From: a virus
Lineage: Duplodnaviria > Caudoviricetes
DNA length: 54,056 nt
Reading direction: 5' to 3' (one strand)
IMG/VR virus record: IMGVR_UViG_3300028045_000020
Coordinates: 1-54,056 of that record
A program made the position numbers and the translations under genes. This document shows, in pieces, positions 39,501-50,203 of the stretch. The notes under the pieces are model-generated. The model made no database searches. It worked only from the letters and a program-made list of their open reading frames with translations, and was not told the DNA's origin. Each line of letters starts with the position of its first letter. Position 1 is the first letter of the stretch.

Positions 39501-42500
39501 CAAAGTTCTCCCAGCGTACCTCCAGCGAGCTGGCTAAATTTACCAGCTGCTACTGCGCTAACATTTATCATGTTTACAGGGTAGCTAGGATCACTCATTG
39601 GCAACTCCGTTTTCGGGGTTACTGTAAATGGAGGAACATAGGGATATTTTGCAAGATCTATTGCTGTAATCGTTCTTCGACTACCACTGTCATATCCCCA
39701 CGAATGCTCATCGGAACTATGGTCTGCCGGGGTGAGGAGATCTTGCCATAAAATACCAGTAGCATCTTCAACTCCTTCGTGCGATACCATTCGTTGTCCA
39801 TCCTCGGATACATGCGCCCCAGAAGTAGAAAGACCGTGCGTATTGATAGCCGTAACCGCTTTAAAATTTCCATCCAAGTCCTCACCAACTATCATCACAA
39901 GATATGTCGCCGTTGGCCATTCCTCTGGGATAGTAACACTATCAACATTCACGGCCAGACCACTGGTATGGCCCATCGGCGTAGCACTTGATAACTCACC
40001 AACTTCGCTCCAATCATGATGGTCTTGGTACAGCCAAGCTCCGCCCGAAATATCAGTAGCTTTTATAAGCACGAACGCTATGTTCTCAACTAAGGTAGAG
40101 ATGGTGGTATCAGTGCCAGCAGTATGCGCCACTACATCATGATGAATTAGTGTCGGATCGTCGGGCTCAAACCATGCCTGATTCAAATACAAACTTGAAG
40201 GATCGTTTGTTACACCATCATCTTGTATAGGCATTGCGCCAGCAAAAGGAGAGTCGTTATTCCATATGCTGCTTATAAATAAACCATTGGATGATTCCAT
40301 CACCAGAGTTTTTCCAATCGGACAGCCATCGAACCATACTGGCCATGTCGACTGACTGGCATCGATCCCTCTCCGTACAAACAGTTTAAGTTGTTTATCC
40401 ATCGGCAGCGGAATAGTGGTCGTGCTCGATAATAAAGAAACCTGGGGTTCCCCTTCTCCCACTATAACTCGCACGGAGTTGCTAGCTGTCATTCCATAGA
40501 AATAACCGGCAGATCCGTTAGCGTTGTTCCTATGAATCCACGTAAGCCCATCCTCTGAAGTTTGTATTTCTCCATCGGAACCAATCGCAAAATAAATCCC
40601 ACCGCTAAAATAGACATTGAAAAAAATTCCAGAGAATCCATTGGCGTTATCCCGATGGGTCCAATTGATTCCGTCCGGAGAGGTTTGTATTTCTCCGGCT
40701 TCGCCAACTACTACGAACTTCGCCACTATTCCGGCATAATCTCCGTTAGCCACGCTGGTAAATAATCCGTTGTAGCCGTTAGCATTATCTTGATGTGTCC
40801 AAGTTACTCCATTTGGAGAGGTTTGTATTTCTCCGGCTTCGCCAACAGCAACAAAGATAAAACTATTATTTACTACACTTCGAAATGTCCCAGAGTATGC
40901 CCCGGCGTTTTGTCTGCTTGTCCAATTGGTACTGTCGGGAGAAGTTTGAATTTCGCCACTTTCCCCAACTACGAGAAATAAAGTATCATTATTGGAAGCG
41001 TCATACAAGGTACCACTGTATCCATCGGCTGTAGCTACTGCAGTCCAACGAAGTCCATCTATCGAGGTTTGAATTTCGCCTAGCTCACCCACAGCTATAA
41101 AAATTTCGTCGCACGAGGCAACAGCAAAGAAAGTTTCAGAATAACTATTGGATACATGTTGTTCGATCCAGGATATCCCATCAAAAGAAACAACGATGGT
41201 GGCATTATCCCCTACGGCTACAAATAGGTAGCCGTTAAAGGCAACATCGAGTAACCTAACTGCCGGAGTATTTGTTGTAGTCGTAAACTCTAATCCTGTT
41301 CCTGATTCCATAGAATAGGCATACCCCGTTTTAGGATTAATATACCAGGTATTGGAACCGCACCGAACTACCTCAGTAGTTTTCCACAGGTATGCTGTGA
41401 TCCTATCAAATTTATTAAATCTATTAGAATATCCGAGTGATATCCCATTTCCGTGGAAAGCTTTAATAGCTCCGACATTCGTATCAATAAACGTTGGAAC
41501 CTTTCCGATACTGATATGGGATCTTCCCCCAAAAAATTCTTTGTCCGTAAGATCGAGATAGGAGCCCTGATCTCTATTTCGTTCCCATGCCATGCAACCA
41601 TTTGTATCAGCTGTATAGTTAGCACCAGTCGCAATAGTTTGGGAAACTACGCCGACAGTAGGCTCATGATACCCGCCCATCTGCGTGAATGAGTTGTATC
41701 CACTCGACTCGCCACAAAAAGCAGCGACGTAATAAATTCCAGTAGCCCACGATTCTGGGAGTATTAAGGAAGAGCCAGACACCTCGAAGGGATAAAGCAT
41801 CGCGGTTTCTTTTTTATCCGTGTTCAGAGAGGTGTATCTCTCCCATCCACGAATGCGAAGAAAATTCATCCAGTCCCCTTCTCGGTCTATTCGTTTGATC
41901 AAAATTTTATCGGGAATAAGCTTAAGATCTATTACCGTAGGCACTCCTTTTCCATGGTTAGTAGTTATCATAGAAGTGCACTCAGTGCCATATAGCCCAG
42001 AGGTTCCAGTCGCTTGTAAGGTGGAGATGGTTTTGTTTTTTATAGTTAAAGGGTTTTGGGCTCCAAATAAAAAGACGGCAGTTCCGTCCCATACGGCTCC
42101 GGTAGGTGTTGGTACATGTTCCACTACTGTAGCGCAATATACCCAAACTATCCCATCCGTCGAAGCTTGTATTCCCCCATGTGACTCAATTGCTATAAAG
42201 ATAGATCCATTCCAGACTACACTGATAAGGTCGACCGCTCGCATCCAGGTATTACAAGAACGATAGCTTGTCCAAATCTTGCCATTAGTAGAAGTTTGTA
42301 TTTCTCCGGACTCTCCTACCGCCACAAAGATATTACCATTGGTAGCTACATGGGATAGATTTCCGGTATACCCAGAGTCGGTTTCTCTATGCTTCCAATT
42401 TATTCCATTGCCTGAAGATTGTATCTCACCACTGTCCCCTACAAGTATTATGAAATTATCCTGAAACGAGATATCGCGAAACGTTTTATTGTAAGATAGA

Positions 42501-44569
42501 TCGGCGCTGCGATGCGCCCAAATTATCCCATTCGGAGAAGTTTGTATTTCCCCATTATCTCCGACTACAACAAACATGCTACCAGTCCAAACAACCTTAC
42601 GGAACGCTCCAGCATAATTACCATCGCAGTTTCTATGGGTCCATGCTCCAGCCACGGTGGAAGTTTGTATCTCGCCATTGGCTCCTACCACGACGTTGAT
42701 GATCCCATCTGAAGCTGCGCTCGTAAAGTATCTTATCGTGTTTGCAGGGTACGGATTATTAATAAGTTCTTTAGTCCATACAAGCCCAGTGGGGGAAGTC
42801 CATACAACCGGCGTGGTTCCCCAACCTATTAGTTTGGTGCCAGTCCAGGTAGCACTAACTATAAGTTCTGTTGGACCTATCATCGGTACAGAAGATAATT
42901 GTACCGAAAACGCGTTGCTTATAGTGCTTCGCTTAGGATCGCCAAACCATCCATAAAGTATATTATTTTTCTCCGGCTGTGGAGGTGACGCATTTATTGT
43001 GTCGCTACTATTGATTACGATAGTAGTATCTCGATCAAGTGAAGCAGGAGCAACTCCAAGCGGAGCTCCGATGGCAAACTCATCCAGCTTTAATTGGGAT
43101 GCAGCGTCGGTATTAAGTCTAAGTGCCTCTCCCGGGGCTAAGCCAAGTACGTACGCTGGCCAGCGACTATCCGAATTATAATTTTTAATGAAGACTGCCA
43201 TAGGAATCCGGTCGGCCGGGGAGTATATAATCCTATCACTCGCTCCGTCACCCTCGTATATACAAAATCCAAAGCCTGTGTCTGGATTATACTTCCATAA
43301 AATCCCACTCTGCTCCAGCTCTTCTTCCGAGCAACTGAAACATTCATACTGGATTTTATCGTTAGCGTTACTAAGAACCGAGTCATTCTTTATAATCAAC
43401 CCATCGTAGCTAAATTCTGCAATTGGACTGTCAACGGAAGCATGTATGGAGTTGGTACGAAGAGCGGAGCCGCTACCCCTGTATGTATCTATCAGTTGTG
43501 TTCCAACGGAGGTAGCTGATAAATTTTTAATAACCACTATTCCGAAACGTTCCTTATAGTTAAGTCCCGTCAGGACGCGATTGTTACCGGCACGTATGGC
43601 CTGTTCTTCTGGAGAGCCCGCCATCACCATTGAAAATTCCACATCAGTTAGCATGCGTTTTCCGGAAGCCTGGAGTATTCTTACCGAATCGTACCACGAC
43701 CGGCTGAACTTTATGATGCTACCATAAGAGGATTTTCCGTCCCCTTCTGCTCCGAGATAAATATCTACCCAAAGATTAGATTCTTTATGATAGACCATAC
43801 CTTCCGGCGAACAAGTTAGCGGACGATGGTTCAAATCCCATACAGAGGCTGGGAGTGGGTCCCCGGCCCTATAATCAGAAAGCCCATGTGTCGTCATGAA
43901 TGGAGTGTCCTCGCATAGCGTATGAAACCCCCCTACCTTTCTGCTGCTATCATCGGTATATCCCTCCGGCGCATCAGGAGCGTCGGTAATTTTTATCGAT
44001 GGCACATTGGTTCCATTGTCATCATCACATAAGTAAATGTAATAGTCTTTTCCTGGAACTAGATCGGATAAATTTATCTGAGTTGGATCCTTAAGAACAA
44101 ATAGTCTAGCACTAGAATGGAGCGCAACAACTAAATGCGCCGGGGATAGCAATGTCGTGCGGCCAGCGATGGTAACGGAATCGGACATTCTCCAATCCCC
44201 CGAACACTTATATGCTAATGGAGATATTAGGTATGTCAAATGGTGAGAATTTATAAGGACGTCTGAGTTTGGGGCAAGCCTAACATCCTTGTCGGACATC
44301 CCGGCGGCAGCTCTCAGTCCATCGGAGGATCCTTGCTTTTCTGTAACGCCCTTGACTTCTTCTCGCAACGTGTCAATATCCCCAACAAAGTTAGCTTGCT
44401 TTGTCTGCAATACAGCTGCCGCGGCGGCTTTCGTAAGCAGTGCCCCGTCAGCACCATTGGCACTGTCAGTTACTTGTGTGACCTCTTCCCCGTTAAGCAG
44501 AAGTTTAGCAGTCTCTATTCTTGGAGTAACCAACTCATCGTTGGTTACCCTAGTCTCTTTAATCGCCAT
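36587..44569 (-). CDS. Giant tail fibre / receptor-binding protein (2660 aa): split Mtd-like C-type-lectin domain plus beta-propeller repeats
   Basis: GGFHTLC...SVWDLNHRP...PEGMVY...WVDIYL, GVEDATGILWQ and LAGG...SRGCAE motifs; many VAVGExGEIQTSPDGxxW repeats; GGAGGAG RBS. Confidence 0.8.
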   Translation of the reverse strand: MAIKETRVTNDELVTPRIETAKLLLNGEEVTQVTDSANGADGALLTKAAAAAVLQTKQANFVGDIDTLREEVKGVTEKQGSSDGLRAAAGMSDKDVRLAPNSDVLINSHHLTYLISPLAYKCSGDWRMSDSVTIAGRTTLLSPAHLVVALHSSARLFVLKDPTQINLSDLVPGKDYYIYLCDDDNGTNVPSIKITDAPDAPEGYTDDSSRKVGGFHTLCEDTPFMTTHGLSDYRAGDPLPASVWDLNHRPLTCSPEGMVYHKESNLWVDIYLGAEGDGKSSYGSIIKFSRSWYDSVRILQASGKRMLTDVEFSMVMAGSPEEQAIRAGNNRVLTGLNYKERFGIVVIKNLSATSVGTQLIDTYRGSGSALRTNSIHASVDSPIAEFSYDGLIIKNDSVLSNANDKIQYECFSCSEEELEQSGILWKYNPDTGFGFCIYEGDGASDRIIYSPADRIPMAVFIKNYNSDSRWPAYVLGLAPGEALRLNTDAASQLKLDEFAIGAPLGVAPASLDRDTTIVINSSDTINASPPQPEKNNILYGWFGDPKRSTISNAFSVQLSSVPMIGPTELIVSATWTGTKLIGWGTTPVVWTSPTGLVWTKELINNPYPANTIRYFTSAASDGIINVVVGANGEIQTSTVAGAWTHRNCDGNYAGAFRKVVWTGSMFVVVGDNGEIQTSPNGIIWAHRSADLSYNKTFRDISFQDNFIILVGDSGEIQSSGNGINWKHRETDSGYTGNLSHVATNGNIFVAVGESGEIQTSTNGKIWTSYRSCNTWMRAVDLISVVWNGSIFIAIESHGGIQASTDGIVWVYCATVVEHVPTPTGAVWDGTAVFLFGAQNPLTIKNKTISTLQATGTSGLYGTECTSMITTNHGKGVPTVIDLKLIPDKILIKRIDREGDWMNFLRIRGWERYTSLNTDKKETAMLYPFEVSGSSLILPESWATGIYYVAAFCGESSGYNSFTQMGGYHEPTVGVVSQTIATGANYTADTNGCMAWERNRDQGSYLDLTDKEFFGGRSHISIGKVPTFIDTNVGAIKAFHGNGISLGYSNRFNKFDRITAYLWKTTEVVRCGSNTWYINPKTGYAYSMESGTGLEFTTTTNTPAVRLLDVAFNGYLFVAVGDNATIVVSFDGISWIEQHVSNSYSETFFAVASCDEIFIAVGELGEIQTSIDGLRWTAVATADGYSGTLYDASNNDTLFLVVGESGEIQTSPDSTNWTSRQNAGAYSGTFRSVVNNSFIFVAVGEAGEIQTSPNGVTWTHQDNANGYNGLFTSVANGDYAGIVAKFVVVGEAGEIQTSPDGINWTHRDNANGFSGIFFNVYFSGGIYFAIGSDGEIQTSEDGLTWIHRNNANGSAGYFYGMTASNSVRVIVGEGEPQVSLLSSTTTIPLPMDKQLKLFVRRGIDASQSTWPVWFDGCPIGKTLVMESSNGLFISSIWNNDSPFAGAMPIQDDGVTNDPSSLYLNQAWFEPDDPTLIHHDVVAHTAGTDTTISTLVENIAFVLIKATDISGGAWLYQDHHDWSEVGELSSATPMGHTSGLAVNVDSVTIPEEWPTATYLVMIVGEDLDGNFKAVTAINTHGLSTSGAHVSEDGQRMVSHEGVEDATGILWQDLLTPADHSSDEHSWGYDSGSRRTITAIDLAKYPYVPPFTVTPKTELPMSDPSYPVNMINVSAVAAGKFSQLAGGTLGELWLTTNIETWTSYPQNMSFNVTSLAFSEAYGVFFIGHESGLITYIADDSGTQTIVTNAALYDEISSIISITCMEGWGIATTTNARLGIASVDNPAQWNLLVLTKDPEGVGAPDPYVGPIRGATMFLGEIISVGGAQIHLHETDGSHVTTEWADLVGDDLYDIAVGTNDDGIDILIVVGADGVIRHSTNTTQYTLIPNANGYDGTFKKIIFTGSMFVIAGEAGEIQTSPNGVYWTSVSEVLEISGDIIDMSYCSNQIMLVDSDSNIYSVSISKLSGTADEPIFPVTQIEPYVGKSIDCSSDPTHKFNAMAYDGNMLIVVGEDTLVYSSTDKVSWEPQNFFYAVPRAFASITWGGGWFLAVGDGYFKQGHYWEQHRVGVSRDGVAWEYEELQEHPEYGPYKAPFSGSAFNGSYFVVIGSTGVIQYSSPVSLDTGPVIWTEAIRSDDGMWISNLHAVTWTGSMFVAVGETWTVETSPDGIIWTYQHGPISQAPQPGHFNGIAGNKDLIVAVGDYGTIQTSEDGVIWTKQFPTNAYSSTFNDIIWDEDNRVFVAIGESSEVQWSPDGIIWTRLNTDGLSDSAKPLRRVASVDGELLVTTGTNEILSIPFSEADKYRVAVTGKEIIGTSYVGEFNDWAASSDALVFVGSAGEIQTSPNGDMWIRLIPDAAFVGSFLAVTWGDGIFVTVGEAGEIQTSPDGIVWEKQSLATPYELTLHAVAWGNGIFVSVGESGEIRTSPDGAIWTHRNNANGYDGTFFDVHYNGNIFLAVGEDAEIQTSPDGLHWYTALPASVDLPLEPYLGTFRKIACNGNNFIIVGDYGEIQVGTLNGEHWTKEVIFYLPNYSFKDLVFIDGIFLAMASDGNLWMSIDGAEWKVQKMLHGQRLNFISLREGMLIFAGKGGTIVQLPFSSIPHPADNGRGRQYSRGNGGAYRMLAGGTFLDTPTAVGTASRMLTVKKSHQWSRTIASRGCAEHYSG

Positions 44570-44587
44570 TCGGCTCCTCCAGTATCA

Positions 44588-44620
44588 ACCGTCCTACGAG
44601 CAAAGCACTCATAGGACGGT
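44588..44620 (-). terminator. Hairpin between tail-fibre genes
   Basis: ACCGTCCTAcGAG/CTCaTAGGACGGT; the mismatch is a G-U pair on the minus strand. Confidence 0.6.
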
Positions 44621-44627
44621 GAATCAA

Positions 44628-47600
44628 TTATTTTTTATTGTGGCGCTTAGTCGCACTATCAGCGCATCCTCTAAATCCCATTACAGTTGAACCGACCTCT
44701 CGATCAACCGACGCATACGCCTCAGATCCGCCACGAGAATCCTTTCCTCCTGCCGCTAAAATATAGTTTCCTGCACCTCCCGAAGAATGCCGTTTCCCTT
44801 GTCCGGAGTTATCGGTTTCCCATTTGACAGTAGAACTGCTGTCGTTAAATTGTCCAGCAGAACTTAGCAACTGCCACAAATATCCCGTACCGTCTTCAAC
44901 TCCAATGTTTGATACCATGCGAGTTAGTGATACACTACTGTTTATCCCAGTTGGGTATGTTCGTTGTCCACCAGCAGTAACAACAGCATTAAAACTTTCG
45001 GGACGGCTATCCCCAATTACCACCATGAACGTTCGTCCTGTCGGTAGTTCCTGAGGAAAAATTATTGTACCGTCAACTACAGTAAGTGGTGAAACTGCTA
45101 TTGGCAGATCGTCGCGCACCAGACTGTATTCCTCGTTCCAGTCTGGAGCACACCTGACCCAACATTCACCACTGTCCCATGCGCCATATAATATAACTCT
45201 AGGATTTATTATATCAGTCACTACCGAAGAGGGAGTCCCATTCTGATGTTCAAAGATACCATGGTAAGCTAATGACGGATCTCTTGGGGCAAACCACATT
45301 TGATTAAGGTACTGCTTGTCCGTCGTATTATGCCTGTTATCAACAAACAAATAATTTTCAGTAACCTCCGTTTCCCCAAACAGGTTCGAATCTATAAGTT
45401 CGCCATTTACTCCCATTCGCGCAACTTTTCCAGCCTCCATATCACTTCTCCAAATATACTGAGGAGCGGGCACATCACCAAACTCTATTCGCATAAGCAT
45501 CCTTAGAGTCCCTTTTAGTGGTAGCTTCAGCAAAGTAATATGATGGGATATCCAAGTATTGAATTGGTTATCAATAGCTACAAAAAAAGTTCCTACTCCC
45601 ACAAGACAAGATATTTCCTTACCTTGAAGTCCCGCACCGTTATAGTTGGACCAAGTAATTCCATCCTCTGAAACTATTTTCTGGCCAGTCGAACTTGCCA
45701 CTAACCAACCTTCTTTATTCGACGCTACTACACTCCATGAGACTGTATGGTAACCTGAGGGAATAGAGCAGATCGTCCAGTCTATCCCATTTGTAGAAGT
45801 TTGTATTTCCCCATTATCACCAACTGCCACGATATGATTTTCCTTGGAGGCAATCCCATTCCAAGTTCCAGTATACCCACCGGATGCTTGCCTACTTTCC
45901 CAAACTTCTCCATTTGTAGAAGTTTGTATTTCTCCTGAATTGCCAATCACCAGAAAAGTGGCCCCGTTCCAAACCAACCCATTCCATTCTCCAAGGTATC
46001 CAGACGAAATGTCTATAGCCCGATGGGTCCACGTTATACCATCAGGGGAAGTTTGAATTTCCCTGTTCCTCCCTATTGCAACAAACATACTTCCATTCCA
46101 AACTATATTAACTATACCCCCAGCATAACCGGTCATAGTCGCATCATGCCAAGTACCGTCAAAGTATCGTATCCCCTCACTTCCAGCAAGTATATAAACA
46201 CCATCGGCTTCGATGCATTTGTGTAACACAGTCTCTTCTGAGGTATAAAATAAATCCCAGTCTATCCCGTTATTAGAACGAAATAAATTTCCTGCAGCGT
46301 CGGTCAGCAAAAATATGCCTGCGTTCGTTATAGTCATAGAAGTTGGAGCATATAAGAGTCCGGTCACAACCTCCACTGAACCGGGGACGTGCGCAACGGT
46401 CTGTAGCGCCCAAGCAAATCCAATTTCTCTGTTCACATTCCATTCTATCCCATCCAATGTAAACTTCTCATTTGTTTTCCATAGAAAATGTTCAGAAATG
46501 TTAGAATCGGCATATGCAGAATTGCTGCTTAGCGTCACCCCGTCTGTCGTAAAATTATAAATACCAAGTGGTACACGCTCTGGTATCTTAGCGGTTGGAG
46601 CCAAAGAGACCACTGTTTGTTTTGTGAGGCCAGACAATGAAAATCTCATCCAATCATTTGCAGTTCTACTCTTACTCCAGGCCAGGCACTCATTGTGGTC
46701 TGTGATATAATCTATAGAGTTTTTAATTTTAATCGTTGGACTAGAAGTATTCTGATCAACTCCTCCATTAGATACCATCACCTTACATCCGTTGGTAACT
46801 TCTTTAAACGCAACTACCATAAGAAGTTCAGAAGCACAGTTTGCGCCAAACGTTAGTTCATTGCCTGAAATCTCGATAGTCTTCGAAGTTGTGTCAAAAT
46901 AATTTCTTGCTCCATGCGTGTTGTTGAGTTCTAGATAATTCCATCCAATGGCGCGACTAAACCATAACCAAGGACTATCCTCAATAATCCCCTTAATTAA
47001 AAGTATATCAGGCTCGAACGGAAAATTCATTTTAGTTAGCTGGCCAGCGGTATGCCTAACCTCGCCGAAGACTGAGTTTTCCGTTCCAAGCATAGTCTTC
47101 TTTGACATACCAAACTGAATGGAGATCCGATGGTATGTTAATAGGACATTGTTATTAAACAGATGTAGGGACATGCGCTCTCCAAAGTTTGGTTCCATCT
47201 GGGCCATCCCGGAACGATACCAATCAATCCCACTAGAAGACTGCATAGCCCCTGCTCCGAGGCCATTGCTGGTACTAAGGAATCCCGTCACTATGAAATA
47301 ATTCTCGTTCCATATTACATCCATGGTTGTTATCATAAGATCTTCTATGGTAGTCCAGACCCACTCACCACCGTAGACGATTGTGCCGACCTTAATAAAC
47401 TTATTATAAATCCATACGACCGTACTCTCGTTAGAGGCGAAAGTCGCCGTAGATTGAGCGGATCCACCAGCGCCCATAGGATTTGCTGCGAGCACCCAAG
47501 TTATCCCATCCAGAGAAGTATAGATATCGTACCCATTAGCAAGCGCAAGAAACACATTGTTATTCCAGATAAGTTTATTTATTGCCACCCCATTAGTGTC

Positions 47601-50141
47601 CGATGGACGGTTACCCTCGGTCCAATCGATTCCATTACTCGAAACTTGTAGTTCAAAATTCTCCGCGCCGCCGGCAACAAAACTGGTGCCATTCCATACG
47701 AGGGCAGTAAACTGTCCGGTGTAACCGTTAGCATTATTTCGCGTGGTCCAAGTTATACCATCTGGGGAAGTTTGAATTATTCCATTATCCCCAACGCTTA
47801 CAAAAATATTCCCACCCCATGTCACCTTCGCAGTACCGAGAGCCGTTGCTCCGTAAATCGTTCTTGCTATCCACTCGACTCCATCCGTAGTAGTATAAAT
47901 AGTTGACATGTTGTCTATGAGACAAGCGAATACGGTAGTGTCATTACTAAAAAGGTTAGTAGCTTCCTTTGGTAGTTCGGTAGAAGTTTTCCATTCCAAG
48001 CGAGTATTTGCAGTTTCTATTGGTAGTTCGTCTCCGAACCAAGCATACAACATATACTCAACCTCATCCGGATCAGGCGAATATAAAATAATCCCATTTT
48101 TCCCAGCCGTTACCCAATGATCCTTAAAATAAATTATGGTGACCATAGCAACGGGAGGACCATTGTTAATTACCATACGGGATACTCCGGTATCCTTATT
48201 CCTTATCGATATTGTGCCCGCAGAGTTTATAACCCCTTTCTGATCTTCGTGGAATACAAGATCGAGCGTTGATACATAACTCCCCTTGATGTCTGGAGCC
48301 AATTCCCAAACGATTCCATCGTAACTTATCATGGACGTTCCTGCTCCATGGCGGTCAAATACAACAAACTTTCCCTTTCCGCGCGCGTCCTCCTCCCATG
48401 TAACCGAAGTAAAATTTACGGAGCTGCCACCAGGATTGGGATGGATCGGCGTTATCCAGGTCTTGCCATCAACGGAAGTTTGTATTCCAGCACTGTCACC
48501 TACCGCTACTATGATATCTTTGTTAGCCGCTAAGAAGTTAAATTGTTCTGTATATTCTGTGGACGAAGTGGCCTGATTAAACTGAACAATAAAGTTGTTA
48601 ACCGATAGATCTCCGCCTAATGTTACGCTCTTATTACCCGTGATACCAGCATGCCATAATTCCGATTTACTGTAAGCTCCTTCTGTCGAAAGTGGAACGG
48701 TAAAAGTGATGCCTTGAGCATATGAATATATCCTCCATGGAGCAGGCCATGATATTGCCTTTACCCAGACCATGGCCGGAGTTTTCCCTATCGGGTTAGC
48801 TATAACTTTGGTAGCTTCCCTATTCCCTGCATACTTGCAAAATCCAAAACCAGTAGCGGAATTGTATTTCCACATAGTACCATCCGGTCCTACGAATTCT
48901 TCAGGGCAATAAAATAATTGCCGCATGAAAGAATCTTCCTCACTATTTCCAAATCCAACAGTCACTCCGGTACGTGTGTAGCCGATTAGTTCATCGCTAA
49001 GTACCGGAGTCTCTATGCCGCGCAACTGCAGAGCCTCGCCGGCTGTATCATTCTCTGCCCATGAGGATCCTAGCATGGTGTCAAATATAAACGGCTCGCT
49101 GTCCATGGTTAAACATTTACTTAGGATCATGCCGCCAGAACTAATAAAGTCTAGACCGATGTCGAGTTCTCGGTGATAGTTATTGTTAGCTTCTTGTTCC
49201 GGACTTCCGTCCATTACCATCGGAAATTCGGAGGAAGTAAGTAGTCGCTTGCCCTGATTCTTGAGCAACTGTATCGCAGTTACCTGTGGAATAGACGTAA
49301 GCGCATCGGCTTTATACACGGAGGATCCACTGAAATCGTTTAAATATATATCAACCCATAGATCCAATGAGGAGCAATAAACCATTCCATAAGGGTCGCA
49401 CCCAGCTGGTCTAAGGTTTAGGTCCCATATGGAGTCCGGTAATATATCCCCTGCTGTAAACCCATACAACGGATGCGTCGTGCTAACGCTATCTCCTATA
49501 TCAGTTCCTACTGTATGGAATCCTCCAATCTTCCGGCTGTTTACTATAGTGTAGCCATTCGGAGCAATCTTATGAGGGGATACTATTATCTTTGGTAGTG
49601 TTGAGCCATCTTGTCGATCACAGGCATATATGCAGTAGTCCATGCCGGCACCAAGAGTAAGCATGGCGAGTCCTAAAAATTTTCCGTGCCAAAAAAATAG
49701 TTTCTTGCCAGACGGAATTAAGACACTCAGTACGTCTGGGACCACTAGGGTACGCCTTCCCGAGCTAGTGAGCCTACTCTTAATGTGGAACTTCCCACTG
49801 CGTTCGTAATGATCCGGAGATACCAAATACGATAATCGATCCTCACCAATGTAGTAATCTCGTTTCTTACGAACAGATATATCCGCGTTTGACATATTAG
49901 TCAGTTCTCTGACTTTATTTGGGCTAAGCGGGTTCTCTCCAAGAGAAGTCATCTCCGCACCTAACAGAGCTAACTTAGTTGTGAAGTCTTCTAATTCTTG
50001 CTCTATTAAAATGCTAGCACTCTTAGAAGTAGTTAACGTGTTTGTTCCTCCAAGCACGGTCCCATCAAGTACAAATTCATCGACCGTGATAGAAGGATTT
50101 CCGAGTCGCTTACCGGTAGCTATTAGATCATTGATTGCCAT
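44628..50141 (-). CDS. Giant tail fibre paralog (1837 aa)
   Basis: Same motifs (GGFHTVG, SIWDLNLRP, WVDIYL, GVEDGTGYLWQ, LAAGG, FRGCAD) and propeller repeats. Confidence 0.8.
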   Translation of the reverse strand: MAINDLIATGKRLGNPSITVDEFVLDGTVLGGTNTLTTSKSASILIEQELEDFTTKLALLGAEMTSLGENPLSPNKVRELTNMSNADISVRKKRDYYIGEDRLSYLVSPDHYERSGKFHIKSRLTSSGRRTLVVPDVLSVLIPSGKKLFFWHGKFLGLAMLTLGAGMDYCIYACDRQDGSTLPKIIVSPHKIAPNGYTIVNSRKIGGFHTVGTDIGDSVSTTHPLYGFTAGDILPDSIWDLNLRPAGCDPYGMVYCSSLDLWVDIYLNDFSGSSVYKADALTSIPQVTAIQLLKNQGKRLLTSSEFPMVMDGSPEQEANNNYHRELDIGLDFISSGGMILSKCLTMDSEPFIFDTMLGSSWAENDTAGEALQLRGIETPVLSDELIGYTRTGVTVGFGNSEEDSFMRQLFYCPEEFVGPDGTMWKYNSATGFGFCKYAGNREATKVIANPIGKTPAMVWVKAISWPAPWRIYSYAQGITFTVPLSTEGAYSKSELWHAGITGNKSVTLGGDLSVNNFIVQFNQATSSTEYTEQFNFLAANKDIIVAVGDSAGIQTSVDGKTWITPIHPNPGGSSVNFTSVTWEEDARGKGKFVVFDRHGAGTSMISYDGIVWELAPDIKGSYVSTLDLVFHEDQKGVINSAGTISIRNKDTGVSRMVINNGPPVAMVTIIYFKDHWVTAGKNGIILYSPDPDEVEYMLYAWFGDELPIETANTRLEWKTSTELPKEATNLFSNDTTVFACLIDNMSTIYTTTDGVEWIARTIYGATALGTAKVTWGGNIFVSVGDNGIIQTSPDGITWTTRNNANGYTGQFTALVWNGTSFVAGGAENFELQVSSNGIDWTEGNRPSDTNGVAINKLIWNNNVFLALANGYDIYTSLDGITWVLAANPMGAGGSAQSTATFASNESTVVWIYNKFIKVGTIVYGGEWVWTTIEDLMITTMDVIWNENYFIVTGFLSTSNGLGAGAMQSSSGIDWYRSGMAQMEPNFGERMSLHLFNNNVLLTYHRISIQFGMSKKTMLGTENSVFGEVRHTAGQLTKMNFPFEPDILLIKGIIEDSPWLWFSRAIGWNYLELNNTHGARNYFDTTSKTIEISGNELTFGANCASELLMVVAFKEVTNGCKVMVSNGGVDQNTSSPTIKIKNSIDYITDHNECLAWSKSRTANDWMRFSLSGLTKQTVVSLAPTAKIPERVPLGIYNFTTDGVTLSSNSAYADSNISEHFLWKTNEKFTLDGIEWNVNREIGFAWALQTVAHVPGSVEVVTGLLYAPTSMTITNAGIFLLTDAAGNLFRSNNGIDWDLFYTSEETVLHKCIEADGVYILAGSEGIRYFDGTWHDATMTGYAGGIVNIVWNGSMFVAIGRNREIQTSPDGITWTHRAIDISSGYLGEWNGLVWNGATFLVIGNSGEIQTSTNGEVWESRQASGGYTGTWNGIASKENHIVAVGDNGEIQTSTNGIDWTICSIPSGYHTVSWSVVASNKEGWLVASSTGQKIVSEDGITWSNYNGAGLQGKEISCLVGVGTFFVAIDNQFNTWISHHITLLKLPLKGTLRMLMRIEFGDVPAPQYIWRSDMEAGKVARMGVNGELIDSNLFGETEVTENYLFVDNRHNTTDKQYLNQMWFAPRDPSLAYHGIFEHQNGTPSSVVTDIINPRVILYGAWDSGECWVRCAPDWNEEYSLVRDDLPIAVSPLTVVDGTIIFPQELPTGRTFMVVIGDSRPESFNAVVTAGGQRTYPTGINSSVSLTRMVSNIGVEDGTGYLWQLLSSAGQFNDSSSTVKWETDNSGQGKRHSSGGAGNYILAAGGKDSRGGSEAYASVDREVGSTVMGFRGCADSATKRHNKK

Positions 50142-50156
50142 TTAGTTTCTCCAATG

Positions 50157-50195
50157 TTACTTGCCGCGTTCGTACTACCCAAACGCGGCAAGTAA
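50157..50195. terminator. 14-bp hairpin between tail-fibre genes
   Basis: TTACTTGCCGCGTT...AACGCGGCAAGTAA. Confidence 0.6.
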
Positions 50196-50203
50196 TTTAG
50201 TTA

